From the NCBI GenBank assembly GCA_964346155.1, contig CAYFTJ010000001.1:47105-111104 (forward strand): a stretch of DNA of 64,000 bases, given 5' to 3'. A model generated the notes under the pieces. The model saw nothing but the letters and a program-made list of their open reading frames with translations. It did no database searches and was not told the origin of the DNA. The DNA comes from an uncultured Oscillospiraceae bacterium (GTDB taxonomy: Bacteria; Bacillota; Clostridia; Christensenellales; Aristaeellaceae). The position numbers and the translations under genes are program-made. This document shows, one piece after another, positions 41,560 through 52,203 of the stretch. How positions within the stretch are numbered: the first letter of the stretch is position 1; every line of letters begins with the position of its first letter.

Positions 41560-42239
41560 TCAATTGACTTTGCAGCCATCATTATCCCGGCCATCGGCGG
41601 CACGTAGGGCAGACTCCCAGGTGAGGGTCGCTCATCTCCCTGCACGCATACGCCTTTGGGTGTTTCGGGGGAGTACACTACTTGTAACTCTTTGATACCT
41701 AGTTTTTTTGCCTTTTGTCTGACTGCCCTTGAAAGTGGGCAGTTTTTTGTTTCAAACAGATCTGCAAACTCAAGCAAAGCCGGGTTTGTTTTTTTTCCGG
41801 TTCCCATGCAGGAGATGATAGGAATATTGAGTCTTTGACTCTCAAGTGCTAAAAGAAGTTTGGCCGGAACATCATCGATACAGTCTAGAATATAATCACA
41901 TTGTGCAAAAGGAATTGTTTTGATTGTATCTTCCGATAGTTTCAAGGGATAAGGTGATAAATCCAAATCAGGATTGATATCCAACAGTCTATTTTGCGCA
42001 ACTTCAGTTTTTAACTGCCCCACGGTAGAGTGGAGAGCAAATACCTGCCGATTAATATTGCTGGTTTGTATAAAGTCAAAGTCAATCAAAACGAGTCGAC
42101 CGACACCGGCACGAGCCAACGTTTCAGCACAAATACCCCCAACACCACCAAGTCCAACCACCGCAAAGGTTGCACGATTTAGTTTTTCAATCGCTTCGGC
42201 GCCCAGTACTGCGGCAGATCTAACAAACTGTTCTTTCAT
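41532..42239 (-). CDS. tcdA: tRNA threonylcarbamoyladenosine dehydratase (ThiF/E1-like)
   Basis: It has a Rossmann motif (VVGLGGVGG), SNINRQ and a C-terminal Tcd-like region. I prefer the start at ATG 42239, which overlaps the comFC stop (ATGA). Confidence 0.8.
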   Translation of the reverse strand: MKEQFVRSAAVLGAEAIEKLNRATFAVVGLGGVGGICAETLARAGVGRLVLIDFDFIQTSNINRQVFALHSTVGQLKTEVAQNRLLDINPDLDLSPYPLKLSEDTIKTIPFAQCDYILDCIDDVPAKLLLALESQRLNIPIISCMGTGKKTNPALLEFADLFETKNCPLSRAVRQKAKKLGIKELQVVYSPETPKGVCVQGDERPSPGSLPYVPPMAGIMMAAKSIDHFLSLQAE

Positions 42240-42976
42240 ACGGTAGTTTTTCCTTCCTTGTGTGGCGCGACAGCAGCGGTTAAAAGAGAAACATCTTTTG
42301 CCCCTGCCTTTAATAGAGCCTTCGCACATGCGCGTGCCGTCGCGCCGGTCGTACGCACATCATCAACCAATAAGATACGTTTCTCACGCACGTTGTCTTT
42401 AGCGACAAAGGCAGAATCAACGTTTTTGCTCCGGTTCTTTGTTTTTCTGAGCTTTGCTTGTTGTTTTGTATGTTTAATTCGTTCAATGGATTCCAGCACT
42501 GGAATGTCGTTTTCTTCTCCAATAAGCTCACATAGAGTAAGAGCTTGGTTGAACCCCCGTTCGGATAATCGCTTAGGATGAAGGGGGACGGGCACAATAG
42601 CGTCAAATTCCAACCCTTTGATTTCGTTGGCCATAATCTTTGCCAAGAGAATACCGGAATCAAGTACCAAGCCGAATTTAAAACTAATAATTAAAGCCCT
42701 TGAAACACCATGATAGTGAAAAGGGGAGTAGCATGCTGCAAGCCCTTCCATTCCGCCTTCCAAACAAAATTGGCAGGAACTATTGCGGCGCTTAGGCGAC
42801 AGGCACCTTGGACACACAAGGTCAGCTAATCGCTCCTCTTCCAGCTCAATCATGCATCGGTCGCATAAGGCGGCTCCCTGTGTTATTAACCGCGGATGGC
42901 GGCATGAAACACAGGTGACGGAGGGAAATAATATGGAGTTGACAAAATTAATAATCTTATTCATACATAAAGGCAT
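42236..42976 (-). CDS. comFC: ComF-family protein (ComFC-like phosphoribosyltransferase with an N-terminal zinc finger)
   Basis: It has CxxC pairs at the N-terminus and a PRTase motif (ILLVDDVRTTGAT). Confidence 0.8.
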   Translation of the reverse strand: MPLCMNKIINFVNSILFPSVTCVSCRHPRLITQGAALCDRCMIELEEERLADLVCPRCLSPKRRNSSCQFCLEGGMEGLAACYSPFHYHGVSRALIISFKFGLVLDSGILLAKIMANEIKGLEFDAIVPVPLHPKRLSERGFNQALTLCELIGEENDIPVLESIERIKHTKQQAKLRKTKNRSKNVDSAFVAKDNVREKRILLVDDVRTTGATARACAKALLKAGAKDVSLLTAAVAPHKEGKTTV

Positions 42977-45161
42977 AGTGTTGCAGGTGCTGACCTAAGC
43001 TTGTGTTTCTATTGTTGGAATAGGGATTGGTTATCATTTGTTGAACATAATCATCTGTTCCGACCAAAACAACCAATTTTTTTGCTCGGGTTATGGCAGT
43101 ATAAAACAAATTCTTCGTTAATAATTTAGGTGGTCCGCCCACAACGGGAATAATGACGGCATCAAACTCGCTGCCCTGACTTTTATGGACAGTAAGACAA
43201 TAAGCAAGCTCTAAGTCTTCAAGCTGCGGATAGTCATAATAGACTTTCTTTCCATCATCAAACAATACAAGCAGGATGCAGGCTTCGATATCAAGATCAA
43301 CAATGGTGCCAATATCGCCGTTAAAAACACCGTTTCCCATGTCGCCATCATCGGTTATCCACTCAATGGAGTAATTATTTCGGGTGTGAATCACACGGTC
43401 ATTGAGACGAAAATGTGTGTCGGAATATATGATTTCATCCCGCATACCGAGGTGGTTGACTTGGGCTTGCAACAATTTGTTTAATTCATTAGTCCCACAA
43501 GCTCCTTTTTTCATGGGTGATAATACCTGAATATCTGCGGGGGTGCCTTGTTTATTGAAATAATCGGGCAGTCGTTGGGAATATAGATTAAGGATGGTTT
43601 TTGCGACATTATGAGGCCCTTGAGTAGTGACCATGAAAAAGTCACTTTCTTTGCCAAGATACTCTGGTTTTTCTCCATGCTTGATGTGATGGGCATTCAA
43701 AACAATGGAACTGTTTTTATCTTGCCTGAAAATTTCATCCAGTAAAACTGTTGGGACTACATTGCTATCTATGATGTCCTTCAGCACGTTTCCGGGGCCA
43801 ACGGAAGGCAACTGGTCCGCATCGCCAACCAATATCAGCTTAGTGCCCGTAGCTACAGCCTGCAATACTGAGCGCATCAGAAAAATATCCACCATGGATA
43901 CCTCGTCGATAATCAGGCATTTACACTCAAGGGGGCGGTCTTTATTATAGGAAAAAGTCTCTTCTTTGCCATTATATTCAAGCAGTCTATGAATAGTTTT
44001 TGCTTCATGCCATGTTGCTTCCTGCATGCGTTTTGCAGCACGCCCAGTGGGAGCTGCTAGTAGGGTATGGTCTTTGCCAATTAGCTGTAAAATACAGTTA
44101 ATAATCGTTGTTTTACCCGTTCCCGGACCGCCGCTAATGACCAACACTCCTGATTGAACGGCCAAGCGTATAGCCTGTTTTTGAGTATTGCTAAATTCAA
44201 GATGATTGATGTGTTCAAATAGCTCGATATTTCTATTAATATCTTCTTCCGTTTGTATAGATGATATATTGGAAGCCATTAACCGCAATAAAGAGAGCGC
44301 GATTGTTCGTTCGGATTCAAGAAAGTAGGGTAGGGTTAGATGCTCTATGTCATCTAACATCAGCGAAAACAGTTCACCCGATAACAGCATGGTTTGAACA
44401 GTGTTTTGAATCATTTCAATCGCCACTTTGACTAATTCCACTGTTTGGGATATGAGGCTATCCTTGCGAACACAGGTATGGCCTTCTTCAAGGGCTGCTT
44501 GCTTGATAATGTATCGAATGCCATACTCGATGCGGTAAGTAGAATGATGTTCAATCCCCATAGAAAGAGCGATGGTGTCCGCTCTTTCAAAACCTATACC
44601 TTTAAAGTCATCAATCAAACGATAGGGATTTTCTAATAAGATAGCTTTTGTATTTGAACCATAGCGCCTGATAATTTTTTGAGATAGACTGGAAGTAATC
44701 GAGTGCTTCTGCAGGAAAATCATCGCGCTTCGGGTGCCTAAGGTTTGCTGCAAGCTATCAAACATCATTTGATAGCGGACTTTCCCGATGCCATGAACTT
44801 CCATCAACCTTTCGGGAGTAGATTCAAGAACCTCAAATGTTTGCGTGCCAAATTGCTTTACGATCAGCCGCGCAGTTGATTTGCCAATCCCTTTGATAAT
44901 GCCGGATGCAAGATACCTTTCAATTTCATCCAGGCTGGAAGGCATACTCGCCTCAAACTTGGATGCTTTGAATTGTCTGCCATAGATGGGGTGTTCATCC
45001 CAGGAACCGTAAAAATGAACGGATTCGCCATCAGAAAATAAAGGAAAACAGCCGACAACAGTTTCCACTTCTTGCTCGACACTTATGCTGATGACAGAAT
45101 ACCCGTTCGTATCATTGCGGAAAATAGTAGATAGAATGGTTCCTGAAAGATGGTTATCCAA
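42957..45161 (-). CDS. recD2: RecD2-type SF1B ATP-dependent DNA helicase (RecD/TraA family)
   Basis: It has Walker A (GGPGTGKTT), Walker B (LIIDEVSMV), an SH3-like insert, the VHKSQGSEF motif and N-terminal HhH repeats. Confidence 0.85.
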   Translation of the reverse strand: MDNHLSGTILSTIFRNDTNGYSVISISVEQEVETVVGCFPLFSDGESVHFYGSWDEHPIYGRQFKASKFEASMPSSLDEIERYLASGIIKGIGKSTARLIVKQFGTQTFEVLESTPERLMEVHGIGKVRYQMMFDSLQQTLGTRSAMIFLQKHSITSSLSQKIIRRYGSNTKAILLENPYRLIDDFKGIGFERADTIALSMGIEHHSTYRIEYGIRYIIKQAALEEGHTCVRKDSLISQTVELVKVAIEMIQNTVQTMLLSGELFSLMLDDIEHLTLPYFLESERTIALSLLRLMASNISSIQTEEDINRNIELFEHINHLEFSNTQKQAIRLAVQSGVLVISGGPGTGKTTIINCILQLIGKDHTLLAAPTGRAAKRMQEATWHEAKTIHRLLEYNGKEETFSYNKDRPLECKCLIIDEVSMVDIFLMRSVLQAVATGTKLILVGDADQLPSVGPGNVLKDIIDSNVVPTVLLDEIFRQDKNSSIVLNAHHIKHGEKPEYLGKESDFFMVTTQGPHNVAKTILNLYSQRLPDYFNKQGTPADIQVLSPMKKGACGTNELNKLLQAQVNHLGMRDEIIYSDTHFRLNDRVIHTRNNYSIEWITDDGDMGNGVFNGDIGTIVDLDIEACILLVLFDDGKKVYYDYPQLEDLELAYCLTVHKSQGSEFDAVIIPVVGGPPKLLTKNLFYTAITRAKKLVVLVGTDDYVQQMITNPYSNNRNTSLGQHLQHYAFMYE

Positions 45162-45170
45162 AAGGCCTCC

Positions 45171-46286
45171 TCATGTTTTAGGCTGATAGATATAGTACTC
45201 GCATTCAAGCCTGCCATTATATAAACGGCGCTTGCGATTGCATCGTCTTTCGATGACCCGTTCAAAGCCGGGGTGTGATGAAATGGCACACAGGGCATTC
45301 CCTGATGACTGTTTAAGCAAGCGTCCCAATGCCTTGTATATGGCTTCTGCGTTTTTTCGATCGCTTAATCTTTCACCATAGGGGGGATTGGTAATAATAA
45401 GCTGTGAAGCATACGGAAGCTCTAAATCGTGAATGTCTTTCTTTTTAAGGTGTATATATCCCTCAAGCCCCGCTTGTCTAATGTGTTTTTCGGCAAGAAC
45501 CAGTGCCTCTTCATCAATATCGCTTCCGCTGATTTCACCTATTTGATTAAAATTAACTTGGCTTCTGGCATTAGCTCGTATGTTATTAAAAACGTTTCTG
45601 GGAACATTTACCCAGTTTTCCATCAGGAAATCACGCTCAAGCCCAGGGGCTCTATTTGCCCTTAAAAAGGCTGCTTCGATCAAAAGGGTAGCCGTACCAC
45701 AGCAAGGGTCGTAAATGGGCATATTGCGCCTGTTTGGCGCCAAGATAACCATTGCAGCGGCCAGGGTTTCTCTGATAGGAGCTTCACCAGTCCAGGTGCG
45801 GTAGCCGCGGCGGTTGAGTGCATCACCGCTTGTATTAATAGAAATACGTAAATTATTTTCGTGTAGTGCAAATTGAATGGGGTAGAGTTCGCCGTCTTCA
45901 TGAAACCAGGATTGGCGATAGGTTTCATTGAGCTTTTCAACGATTGCTTTTTTAATGATTTTTTGGCAATCACTTACACTCATCAATTGGCTGCGGGTGC
46001 AGTTACCAGTAACGGGAAAACGGGCATTCTTTGGCAAATAGTCAGCCCAAGAAATGGACCTGGTTGCTTCAAACAAATCTTCAAAACTGTAAACTCTGCC
46101 TTCTTTAACAATCAGCAACACCCGATCGGCACATCTAAGGGCTAAATTGGCCAGAAATCCGGCGGATAAATCTCCCTCAAAGCGAGCACCGCCATTTTCG
46201 GCGCTGCTGTCTATTCCTAAATCTTTCAGCTCTCTTTTAACAATACCTTCAAGTCCAAAAGCCGCTGTTGCCAACCATGTTGCCAT
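45171..46286 (-). CDS. THUMP-domain class I SAM-dependent RNA methyltransferase (RlmL N-terminal/YpsC-like)
   Basis: It has a THUMP region, a SAM motif (DPCCGTATLLIEAA) and a catalytic NPPYG. Confidence 0.85.
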   Translation of the reverse strand: MATWLATAAFGLEGIVKRELKDLGIDSSAENGGARFEGDLSAGFLANLALRCADRVLLIVKEGRVYSFEDLFEATRSISWADYLPKNARFPVTGNCTRSQLMSVSDCQKIIKKAIVEKLNETYRQSWFHEDGELYPIQFALHENNLRISINTSGDALNRRGYRTWTGEAPIRETLAAAMVILAPNRRNMPIYDPCCGTATLLIEAAFLRANRAPGLERDFLMENWVNVPRNVFNNIRANARSQVNFNQIGEISGSDIDEEALVLAEKHIRQAGLEGYIHLKKKDIHDLELPYASQLIITNPPYGERLSDRKNAEAIYKALGRLLKQSSGNALCAISSHPGFERVIERRCNRKRRLYNGRLECEYYIYQPKT

Positions 46287-46356
46287 AAAAAGCCCTCCTA
46301 TGATATTATACAGTTATTGAAACAATTGAGCAAACTGTGTTTCCGTAGGAGGATGT

Positions 46357-47520
46357 ATGAACAAAAGAGCTGTCCTGATCGTGCTTGACAGCGCCGGAGT
46401 AGGAGCTTTGCCTGATGCCCATCTATACGGAGATGAGGGGGCAAACACCATCGGTCATATTGCTCAGAACACAAACTTAGCGCTGCCCAATTTAGGTGCC
46501 TTAGGCTTGGGATACATTAACGGGACCTACCTGCCAAAGGATTCAAGCGCAATCGGTGCCTTCGGAAAAATGACACAGCGTTCTCCCGGTAAAGACACCA
46601 CAACTGGACACTGGGAAATTGCGGGGCAGGTTCTTTCTCAAGCTTTTCCAACTTTTCCGTACGGCTTTTCGCAAGATTTTATGATTCGTTTTGAAGATGC
46701 TATCGGAAGAAAAACACTTGGAAATAAAGTGGCTTCCGGGACTGTCATTTTAGACGAGTTAGGAGAAGAGCATATTAAAACCAGCTGGCCAATCATCTAC
46801 ACATCCGCCGATAGTGTGTTTCAGATTGCCTGCCATGAAGAAATTATTCCGCCAAATGATTTATACGCCATGTGTCAAACGGCGCGTTCCATGTTGACGG
46901 GACCATACGCAGTTGGCAGGGTGATTGCTCGCCCTTTTATTGGTGATAAAAAAGGTGCTTTTAAGCGTACCGGAAATCGCCGAGATTTTTCACTTGAGCC
47001 CAGATTAACAGTGCTAGATACCCTTAAATCTTCAGGGCACGACGTGATTGCTGTAGGAAAGATTGAAGATATTTTCGCGCAAAAAGGAATTACGCAAAGC
47101 AACCACGCCGCCGGTAATCCCGCTTGTATAGAGGCGATGTTTGAATACTTAGAGCGTCCATTCAATGGTCTGTGCTTTGTCAATTTAGTTGATACCGATA
47201 TGGTTTACGGACATAGACGTGACGTGCAAGGATACGCAAATGCCCTGATGGATTTTGACCGTGTAGTACCTCAAATCAAAGCTGCCTTAAACCCGGGAGA
47301 TTTGCTGCTAATCACTGCCGATCACGGTTGTGACCCCACCTATAAGGGTACTGACCATACAAGAGAATATGTACCGGTGCTAGCATGGAAAAAAGGTATG
47401 AAGAGTTTAACTGACCTTGGCGTTCGTTCAACCTTTGCGGATATTGCCGCGACCCTCAGCGAATATTTTGGATTGACTGAACGTTTTAACGCAACATCAT
47501 TTAATAAGGAGATTATATAA
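46357..47520 (+). CDS. deoB: Phosphopentomutase
   Basis: It has DeoB motifs (VLDSAGVGALPDA, KDTTTGHWE, ADHGCDPT). Confidence 0.95.
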   Translation: MNKRAVLIVLDSAGVGALPDAHLYGDEGANTIGHIAQNTNLALPNLGALGLGYINGTYLPKDSSAIGAFGKMTQRSPGKDTTTGHWEIAGQVLSQAFPTFPYGFSQDFMIRFEDAIGRKTLGNKVASGTVILDELGEEHIKTSWPIIYTSADSVFQIACHEEIIPPNDLYAMCQTARSMLTGPYAVGRVIARPFIGDKKGAFKRTGNRRDFSLEPRLTVLDTLKSSGHDVIAVGKIEDIFAQKGITQSNHAAGNPACIEAMFEYLERPFNGLCFVNLVDTDMVYGHRRDVQGYANALMDFDRVVPQIKAALNPGDLLLITADHGCDPTYKGTDHTREYVPVLAWKKGMKSLTDLGVRSTFADIAATLSEYFGLTERFNATSFNKEII

Positions 47521-47522
47521 AT

Positions 47523-48329
47523 ATGGAAAAATATCATCACGCAGCAAAATTTATTACTAAACATTTGGGACAAGCTGAAATAACCATTGTATTGGGCAGT
47601 GGCTTAAGTGGTTATGAAGAAAGATTATCTAACCGGAAAGAAGTCAATTATGCTGACATTCCCGGTTTTCCCAAATCGACAGCTCCCGGACATGCGGGCA
47701 AATTGATTTCAGGTACTCTGAATGATAAAAAAGTCCTGCTTATGAGTGGCCGTTTTCATAGCTATGAGGGTTATAGTTTGAAAAAGGTCACCTTTCCAAT
47801 CAGGGTCTTTTCTTTGATGGGTATTAAAAAGCTCATTCTTACCAACGCAGCAGGCGGCATTAATCTTTCATTTCAACCCGGACAGTTAATGCTTATTACC
47901 GACTTTATTAATTTCACCGGCAAAAATCCTCTTCGTGGCAAAAACATGGATGAATTCGGCCCCAGATTTCCGGATATGACCCAGGCTTTTTCACCTAAGT
48001 TCAGGGAAATTGCAATAAATGAAGCGGAAAAACTAAATATTCCTTTGCAACAAGGTGTCTATTGTTGGTTTAACGGACCTACATACGAAACACCGGCTGA
48101 AATTCGTGCCGCTCGTGTTTTGGGCGCAGACGCCGTAGGCATGTCAACGGTTCCGGAGGTTATTGTTGCAAGGCACAGCGGTATGGAAGTTCTAGGTATC
48201 AGCGTCATCACAAATTTGGGAGCAGGCATGACCAGCCAAGCTCTGTCTCATGAAGAAGTTTTGGAAACCGGTAAACAAGTAAAGGAAATTTTTTCCAAAC
48301 TTGTTGATGCCATTATCGTACAGATGTAA
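47523..48329 (+). CDS. punA: Purine nucleoside phosphorylase (PNP family, inosine/guanosine type)
   Basis: It has GSGLS, GHAGKLISG, GRFHSYEGY and GADAVGMSTVPE. Confidence 0.85.
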   Translation: MEKYHHAAKFITKHLGQAEITIVLGSGLSGYEERLSNRKEVNYADIPGFPKSTAPGHAGKLISGTLNDKKVLLMSGRFHSYEGYSLKKVTFPIRVFSLMGIKKLILTNAAGGINLSFQPGQLMLITDFINFTGKNPLRGKNMDEFGPRFPDMTQAFSPKFREIAINEAEKLNIPLQQGVYCWFNGPTYETPAEIRAARVLGADAVGMSTVPEVIVARHSGMEVLGISVITNLGAGMTSQALSHEEVLETGKQVKEIFSKLVDAIIVQM

Positions 48330-48340
48330 TTTATTATTAA

Positions 48341-48380
48341 AAAGACCGGGATGAGAACAATCATTCCGGTCTTTTCTATT
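48341..48380. terminator. Terminator between convergent punA and pheT
   Basis: The arms aaagaccgg and ccggtcttt form a stem flanked by an A-run and a T-run. Confidence 0.6.
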
Positions 48381-48385
48381 TTTGG

Positions 48386-50800
48386 CTATAATTGCCCGCC
48401 CAATCGTTTGCTGAGTTTTTTAACAATGGAGTTGGATTTTTCCGCAATTTGATCTGACGTTAAAGTACCTTCGTCCGAACGATACCAGACACGGAAAGTA
48501 AGGGATTTTTTACCTTCTGGTACCCTTTCCCCATGGTACTCTTCAATAAACTCCAAACGGTATACACCCTTTTGGATGGTTTCCTCAACCTGTGCCCACT
48601 TCACATCTTTATCAAACAGGATGGAAAAGTCTTGTTCAACCAAGGGGAATTGGGGCAAAGTTTCATAGGTATTACTGCGGGAAGGCAGCACCTGGATCAA
48701 ATCAACGTTGATTTCAAATGCCGCTGCGCACACACGCTTGATACCTGCTTGACTGCAGGTAATAGGGGAGAGAATACCCATGCTTCCGATCATGACATCC
48801 CCCTGCATAAAGTTAAGCCAGGCATTTCTATCTGCCCAGGAAGGTTTTTCTTCCTGCTTAAATGAACAACTTTCAATCATGGTTTGACGGTCCAGTTTTT
48901 CAAGCACACCTTTCAGCTGCCTGAAGACCTGTTCAGGTGATTTGCCGACAATAGCACCGGCAATCATGTTTGGCATAACCGGAAGAGTTTCTGATTCTTC
49001 GCTGGGATTGGTTTTGCCTTTTCGGAAAACTTGAGCCTTTTCAAAGAAAGCAAAGGTTTCAAGGAACTTGTGGTTTGTTTCAATGCCTTCTAAAATGGCT
49101 GGGATCAGAGAAGGTCGCAAGTGCGAAGTTTCAGGAGAGGGCGGGTCGCTAAGTTCTATACAAGAATCCAGCTCAAAACCTGCAGCTTGGATGTACTTTT
49201 CATCAACCCAAGGATAGGAAAAGATTTCCTGCATTCCGCAAGACTTTGCTAAATATTCACGCAGAGCACGCTCAAGGTCATAATCATCTTGTTTAATAGC
49301 TTTTGTGAGGGCAACCTTGGGAGGAATGAATTCAAAGTTTTCGTAACCAATCATTCGGGCGACTTCTTCAAGAATATCATCTGGCAGGGAGACATCGCCA
49401 GTTGAGCGCCAAGTGGGAACAGTGACACATGCCAGAGCATCGTTTTCCTGCTTTATCACATAACCCAAGGGAGAAAGTAAACGTTGAAGCTGTTCAAAAT
49501 GAATTTCCTGTCCCAAACGCTTACCAAGCCAAGTAAGAGAAACAGCAATTTCATTTTCTTTGGTTTGTACAGGGGCTTGTTCGCCATAAGCTACAAGCTT
49601 TGCTTGCGGGAAAAGTTTGGCAATCATCTGATGCGCAACGCCCATTGCCTCATCAATACGCTGACTATTCAAGCCCTTTTCATTACGAATGGCTGAATCT
49701 GTATGAATTTGGAAGCGAGTAGCTGTTCTGCGGATGTATAAGGGATTAAAAGTAGCGATTTCAAGAAGCATTGCTTGTGTTTCTTCACCGATGGAGTCTT
49801 TTTCACCCCCCATGATACCGGCAAGCGCCATGGCTTCCTGATGATTAGCGATAACCAAATCTTCTACAGATAGCTTGAGCTTGCTTCCGTCAAGTAAAGT
49901 CAGCTGTTCACCCGGTTCTGCCTTGCGTACGATGATGCCCCCTTCAACTAGGTTCAGGTCAAACCCGTGTGTAGGCTGTCCAACGGCAAGCATGATATAG
50001 TTGGTTAAATCAACCGGCGCATTGATGGGACGCAGCCCGCATTTCCATAAAGCAAGCTTTAATTGATATGGAGAAGGAATATTATTAACCCCATCATAAA
50101 CCATAGCACAATAGCGCCCACAGCGGTCCGGATCATGAATTTCAACAGGATAGGACGGGATGTCTTCTGGCGGGGAGAACTTTGGTAATTCTTTCAATGG
50201 TACTTGATAAATGGCAGCAAGTTCACGAGCCATCCCATAGTGTCCCCACAAGTCGGGACGGTTTGTCATAGATTTATTGTCGATTTCAAGAATGATATCA
50301 TCCAAACCCAAAACATCAGCGACAGCATCTCCGCTTTGGCATTCAAAGGAGGAGATATCCATAATCTCCCGCTCTTCACCTGATGGGAAGAGTCCGTCAA
50401 GGTCGAGTTCAGATGCGGAACAGATCATTCCTTCACTTAAAACGCCCCGCAACTTAGCTGGTTTGATTTCAACCGGCTCACCCTCGCCGTGCCATCGCAC
50501 CATGGCGCCGGGTGCGGCAACAACCACTTTCATATTGGGGGAAAGGTTTGATCCGCCGCAAACAATCGTGGAGGGCTGTTCTTTGCCAATATCAACCGTG
50601 CATATGCGCAGTTTGTCAGCCTGAGGGTGGGGGAGAACTTCAAGGATGCTTCCGACCACAACACCTTTTAAGTCGTCAGCAATATTGACAGCGCTTTCTA
50701 CTTCCACCGTGCGCATGGTTAAGTCATAGCTCAACTGTTCGGTTGTTAGATTCTCAGGTAAAGATACATATTGTTTCATCCACTGTAAAGATAATTTCAT
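48386..50800 (-). CDS. pheT: Phenylalanine--tRNA ligase beta subunit
   Basis: The 804-aa product has tRNA-binding, B3/4, B5 and FDX-ACB domain order. It lies downstream of pheS. Confidence 0.95.
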   Translation of the reverse strand: MKLSLQWMKQYVSLPENLTTEQLSYDLTMRTVEVESAVNIADDLKGVVVGSILEVLPHPQADKLRICTVDIGKEQPSTIVCGGSNLSPNMKVVVAAPGAMVRWHGEGEPVEIKPAKLRGVLSEGMICSASELDLDGLFPSGEEREIMDISSFECQSGDAVADVLGLDDIILEIDNKSMTNRPDLWGHYGMARELAAIYQVPLKELPKFSPPEDIPSYPVEIHDPDRCGRYCAMVYDGVNNIPSPYQLKLALWKCGLRPINAPVDLTNYIMLAVGQPTHGFDLNLVEGGIIVRKAEPGEQLTLLDGSKLKLSVEDLVIANHQEAMALAGIMGGEKDSIGEETQAMLLEIATFNPLYIRRTATRFQIHTDSAIRNEKGLNSQRIDEAMGVAHQMIAKLFPQAKLVAYGEQAPVQTKENEIAVSLTWLGKRLGQEIHFEQLQRLLSPLGYVIKQENDALACVTVPTWRSTGDVSLPDDILEEVARMIGYENFEFIPPKVALTKAIKQDDYDLERALREYLAKSCGMQEIFSYPWVDEKYIQAAGFELDSCIELSDPPSPETSHLRPSLIPAILEGIETNHKFLETFAFFEKAQVFRKGKTNPSEESETLPVMPNMIAGAIVGKSPEQVFRQLKGVLEKLDRQTMIESCSFKQEEKPSWADRNAWLNFMQGDVMIGSMGILSPITCSQAGIKRVCAAAFEINVDLIQVLPSRSNTYETLPQFPLVEQDFSILFDKDVKWAQVEETIQKGVYRLEFIEEYHGERVPEGKKSLTFRVWYRSDEGTLTSDQIAEKSNSIVKKLSKRLGGQL

Positions 50801-50812
50801 GTCGTTACTCCC

Positions 50813-51850
50813 TTATTTAAATTGGCCAAGAAAACGCAAATCACCGCTATGGAATAGGCGCACGTCATCAATCCCGTAGCGCATCATGACCATGCGGTCA
50901 AGACCAATGTTGATATAGAAACCTGACCACACGTTAGGATCAAGACCTGCTTGCTTTAGAACATTAGGGTGAGGAGTACCGCCAGGCATTACTTCAATCC
51001 AGCCTACGTTTTTACAGACTTTACATCCCTGACCGCCGCAAACTTGACACTTCATATCAATTTCAAAACCAGGTTCCACAAAGGGGAAGAAGCCTGCTCG
51101 CATCCTGATATCAACCTGCTTTCCAAAAACCTTTTCAAGAATGGTGCGCATAAGAAGAACGCCCGATGAAAAAGCGAAATCTTTTTCAACAATAAGCGCT
51201 TCGTATTGGAAAAATGCCCTTTCATGACGCGCATCGGTGTTTTCATTTCGGTAAACACGACCGGGATAGATAAACCTGGCCGGAGCACCATGCTTTTTTA
51301 GATAACGGACGGAAGCGCCCGTCAAATGTGGACGCAAACATAAACGCTCCGCGCCCCTTGTGTGTTCAGAACCTTTTAGCCAGTATGTATCCATGCTTTC
51401 TCTGGCAGGATGCTCGGGCGGGAAATTCAGGTTATCAAAACCATACTTTTCACTGGTGATTTCATCTTCCGCAAAAATCTCAAACCCAAGCGAACGGAAA
51501 GCATCATTCAAGTCATAACACATTTGGGTGATGGGGTGTAAACCGCCGATCTTTGGCGCGATACCGGGCAAAGTCACATCTAAGGTGTCTTTTATAAAGC
51601 TGGCGCTGTTTAAAATGTCTTTTTCCTTTTCATCACAAGCAAGGGTAATACGTTCCTTTAATTGGTTAGCCAGTGAACCAATTGTTCGTTTTTCTTCAGG
51701 GGAGCAAGAACCCAACCCCTTTAAAATAAGGTTTAAGCTGCCCTTTTTGCCCAAAATTTGTTGACGAACCTGATACACTTCGTCATTTGTTTGAGCTTTT
51801 TGAATGGCTTCTAAAGCATTTTGCTCGATTGTTTGTAGCTTTTGCGTCAT
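50813..51850 (-). CDS. pheS: Phenylalanine--tRNA ligase alpha subunit
   Basis: It has class II motifs (FPPEHPARESMDTYW, GRVYRNE, GFFPFVEPG, GLDRMVM). Confidence 0.95.
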   Translation of the reverse strand: MTQKLQTIEQNALEAIQKAQTNDEVYQVRQQILGKKGSLNLILKGLGSCSPEEKRTIGSLANQLKERITLACDEKEKDILNSASFIKDTLDVTLPGIAPKIGGLHPITQMCYDLNDAFRSLGFEIFAEDEITSEKYGFDNLNFPPEHPARESMDTYWLKGSEHTRGAERLCLRPHLTGASVRYLKKHGAPARFIYPGRVYRNENTDARHERAFFQYEALIVEKDFAFSSGVLLMRTILEKVFGKQVDIRMRAGFFPFVEPGFEIDMKCQVCGGQGCKVCKNVGWIEVMPGGTPHPNVLKQAGLDPNVWSGFYINIGLDRMVMMRYGIDDVRLFHSGDLRFLGQFK

Positions 51851-51861
51851 GTTTCCTCCTA

Positions 51862-52085
51862 AATAAAATATCCCATGCTAACACATGGGACGAATAGCCG
51901 TGGTACCACCCAAATTGCAGCAGAGCTGCCACTTGATAGACTTAACGCGCCTGCACGTCTTGAACTACTAAAATTTCACCCAAGAGGCTCCAAAGTGAAC
52001 GGGTAGGGTTTTTACGTAGGAACGTTTCAGCCATGCGCTCCCTCTCTGCTCGTTTTCCACCGTACCTTATCTTTTCATCGCCGGT
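51862..52085 (-). promoter_or_regulatory. T-box leader riboswitch (Phe specifier) controlling pheST
   Basis: On the minus strand there is an AGAGA box and a specifier-loop UUC followed by A (plus-strand gaa at 51997-51999). The conserved T-box AATTTGGGTGGTACCACGG lies at plus 51898-51916. The terminator hairpin tcccatg-tgttag-catggga (51871-51890) is followed by a T-run just before the pheS Shine-Dalgarno motif. Confidence 0.85.
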
Positions 52086-52091
52086 AGCGGC

Positions 52092-52121
52092 ATTATATAC
52101 TTTTAGAGCTACCTTTGTCAA
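52092..52121 (-). promoter_or_regulatory. Sigma-A promoter of the pheST T-box leader
   Basis: The minus strand reads TTGACA-18 nt-TATAAT. Confidence 0.55.
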
Positions 52122-52203
52122 ATCATTAAGGAACAACGCTTCTTTTCATCTCTTGACGAATACGCATTTTATAGATAGAATGTTCGAGTAAAGGAGGTGT
52201 TCT

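Noticed and set aside
42258-42663. Alternative-frame ORFs (107 aa on the plus strand, 117 aa on the minus strand) inside comFC.
   Set aside because: The comFC frame carries the zinc-finger and PRTase motifs. The alternatives have no start signals or recognisable domains.
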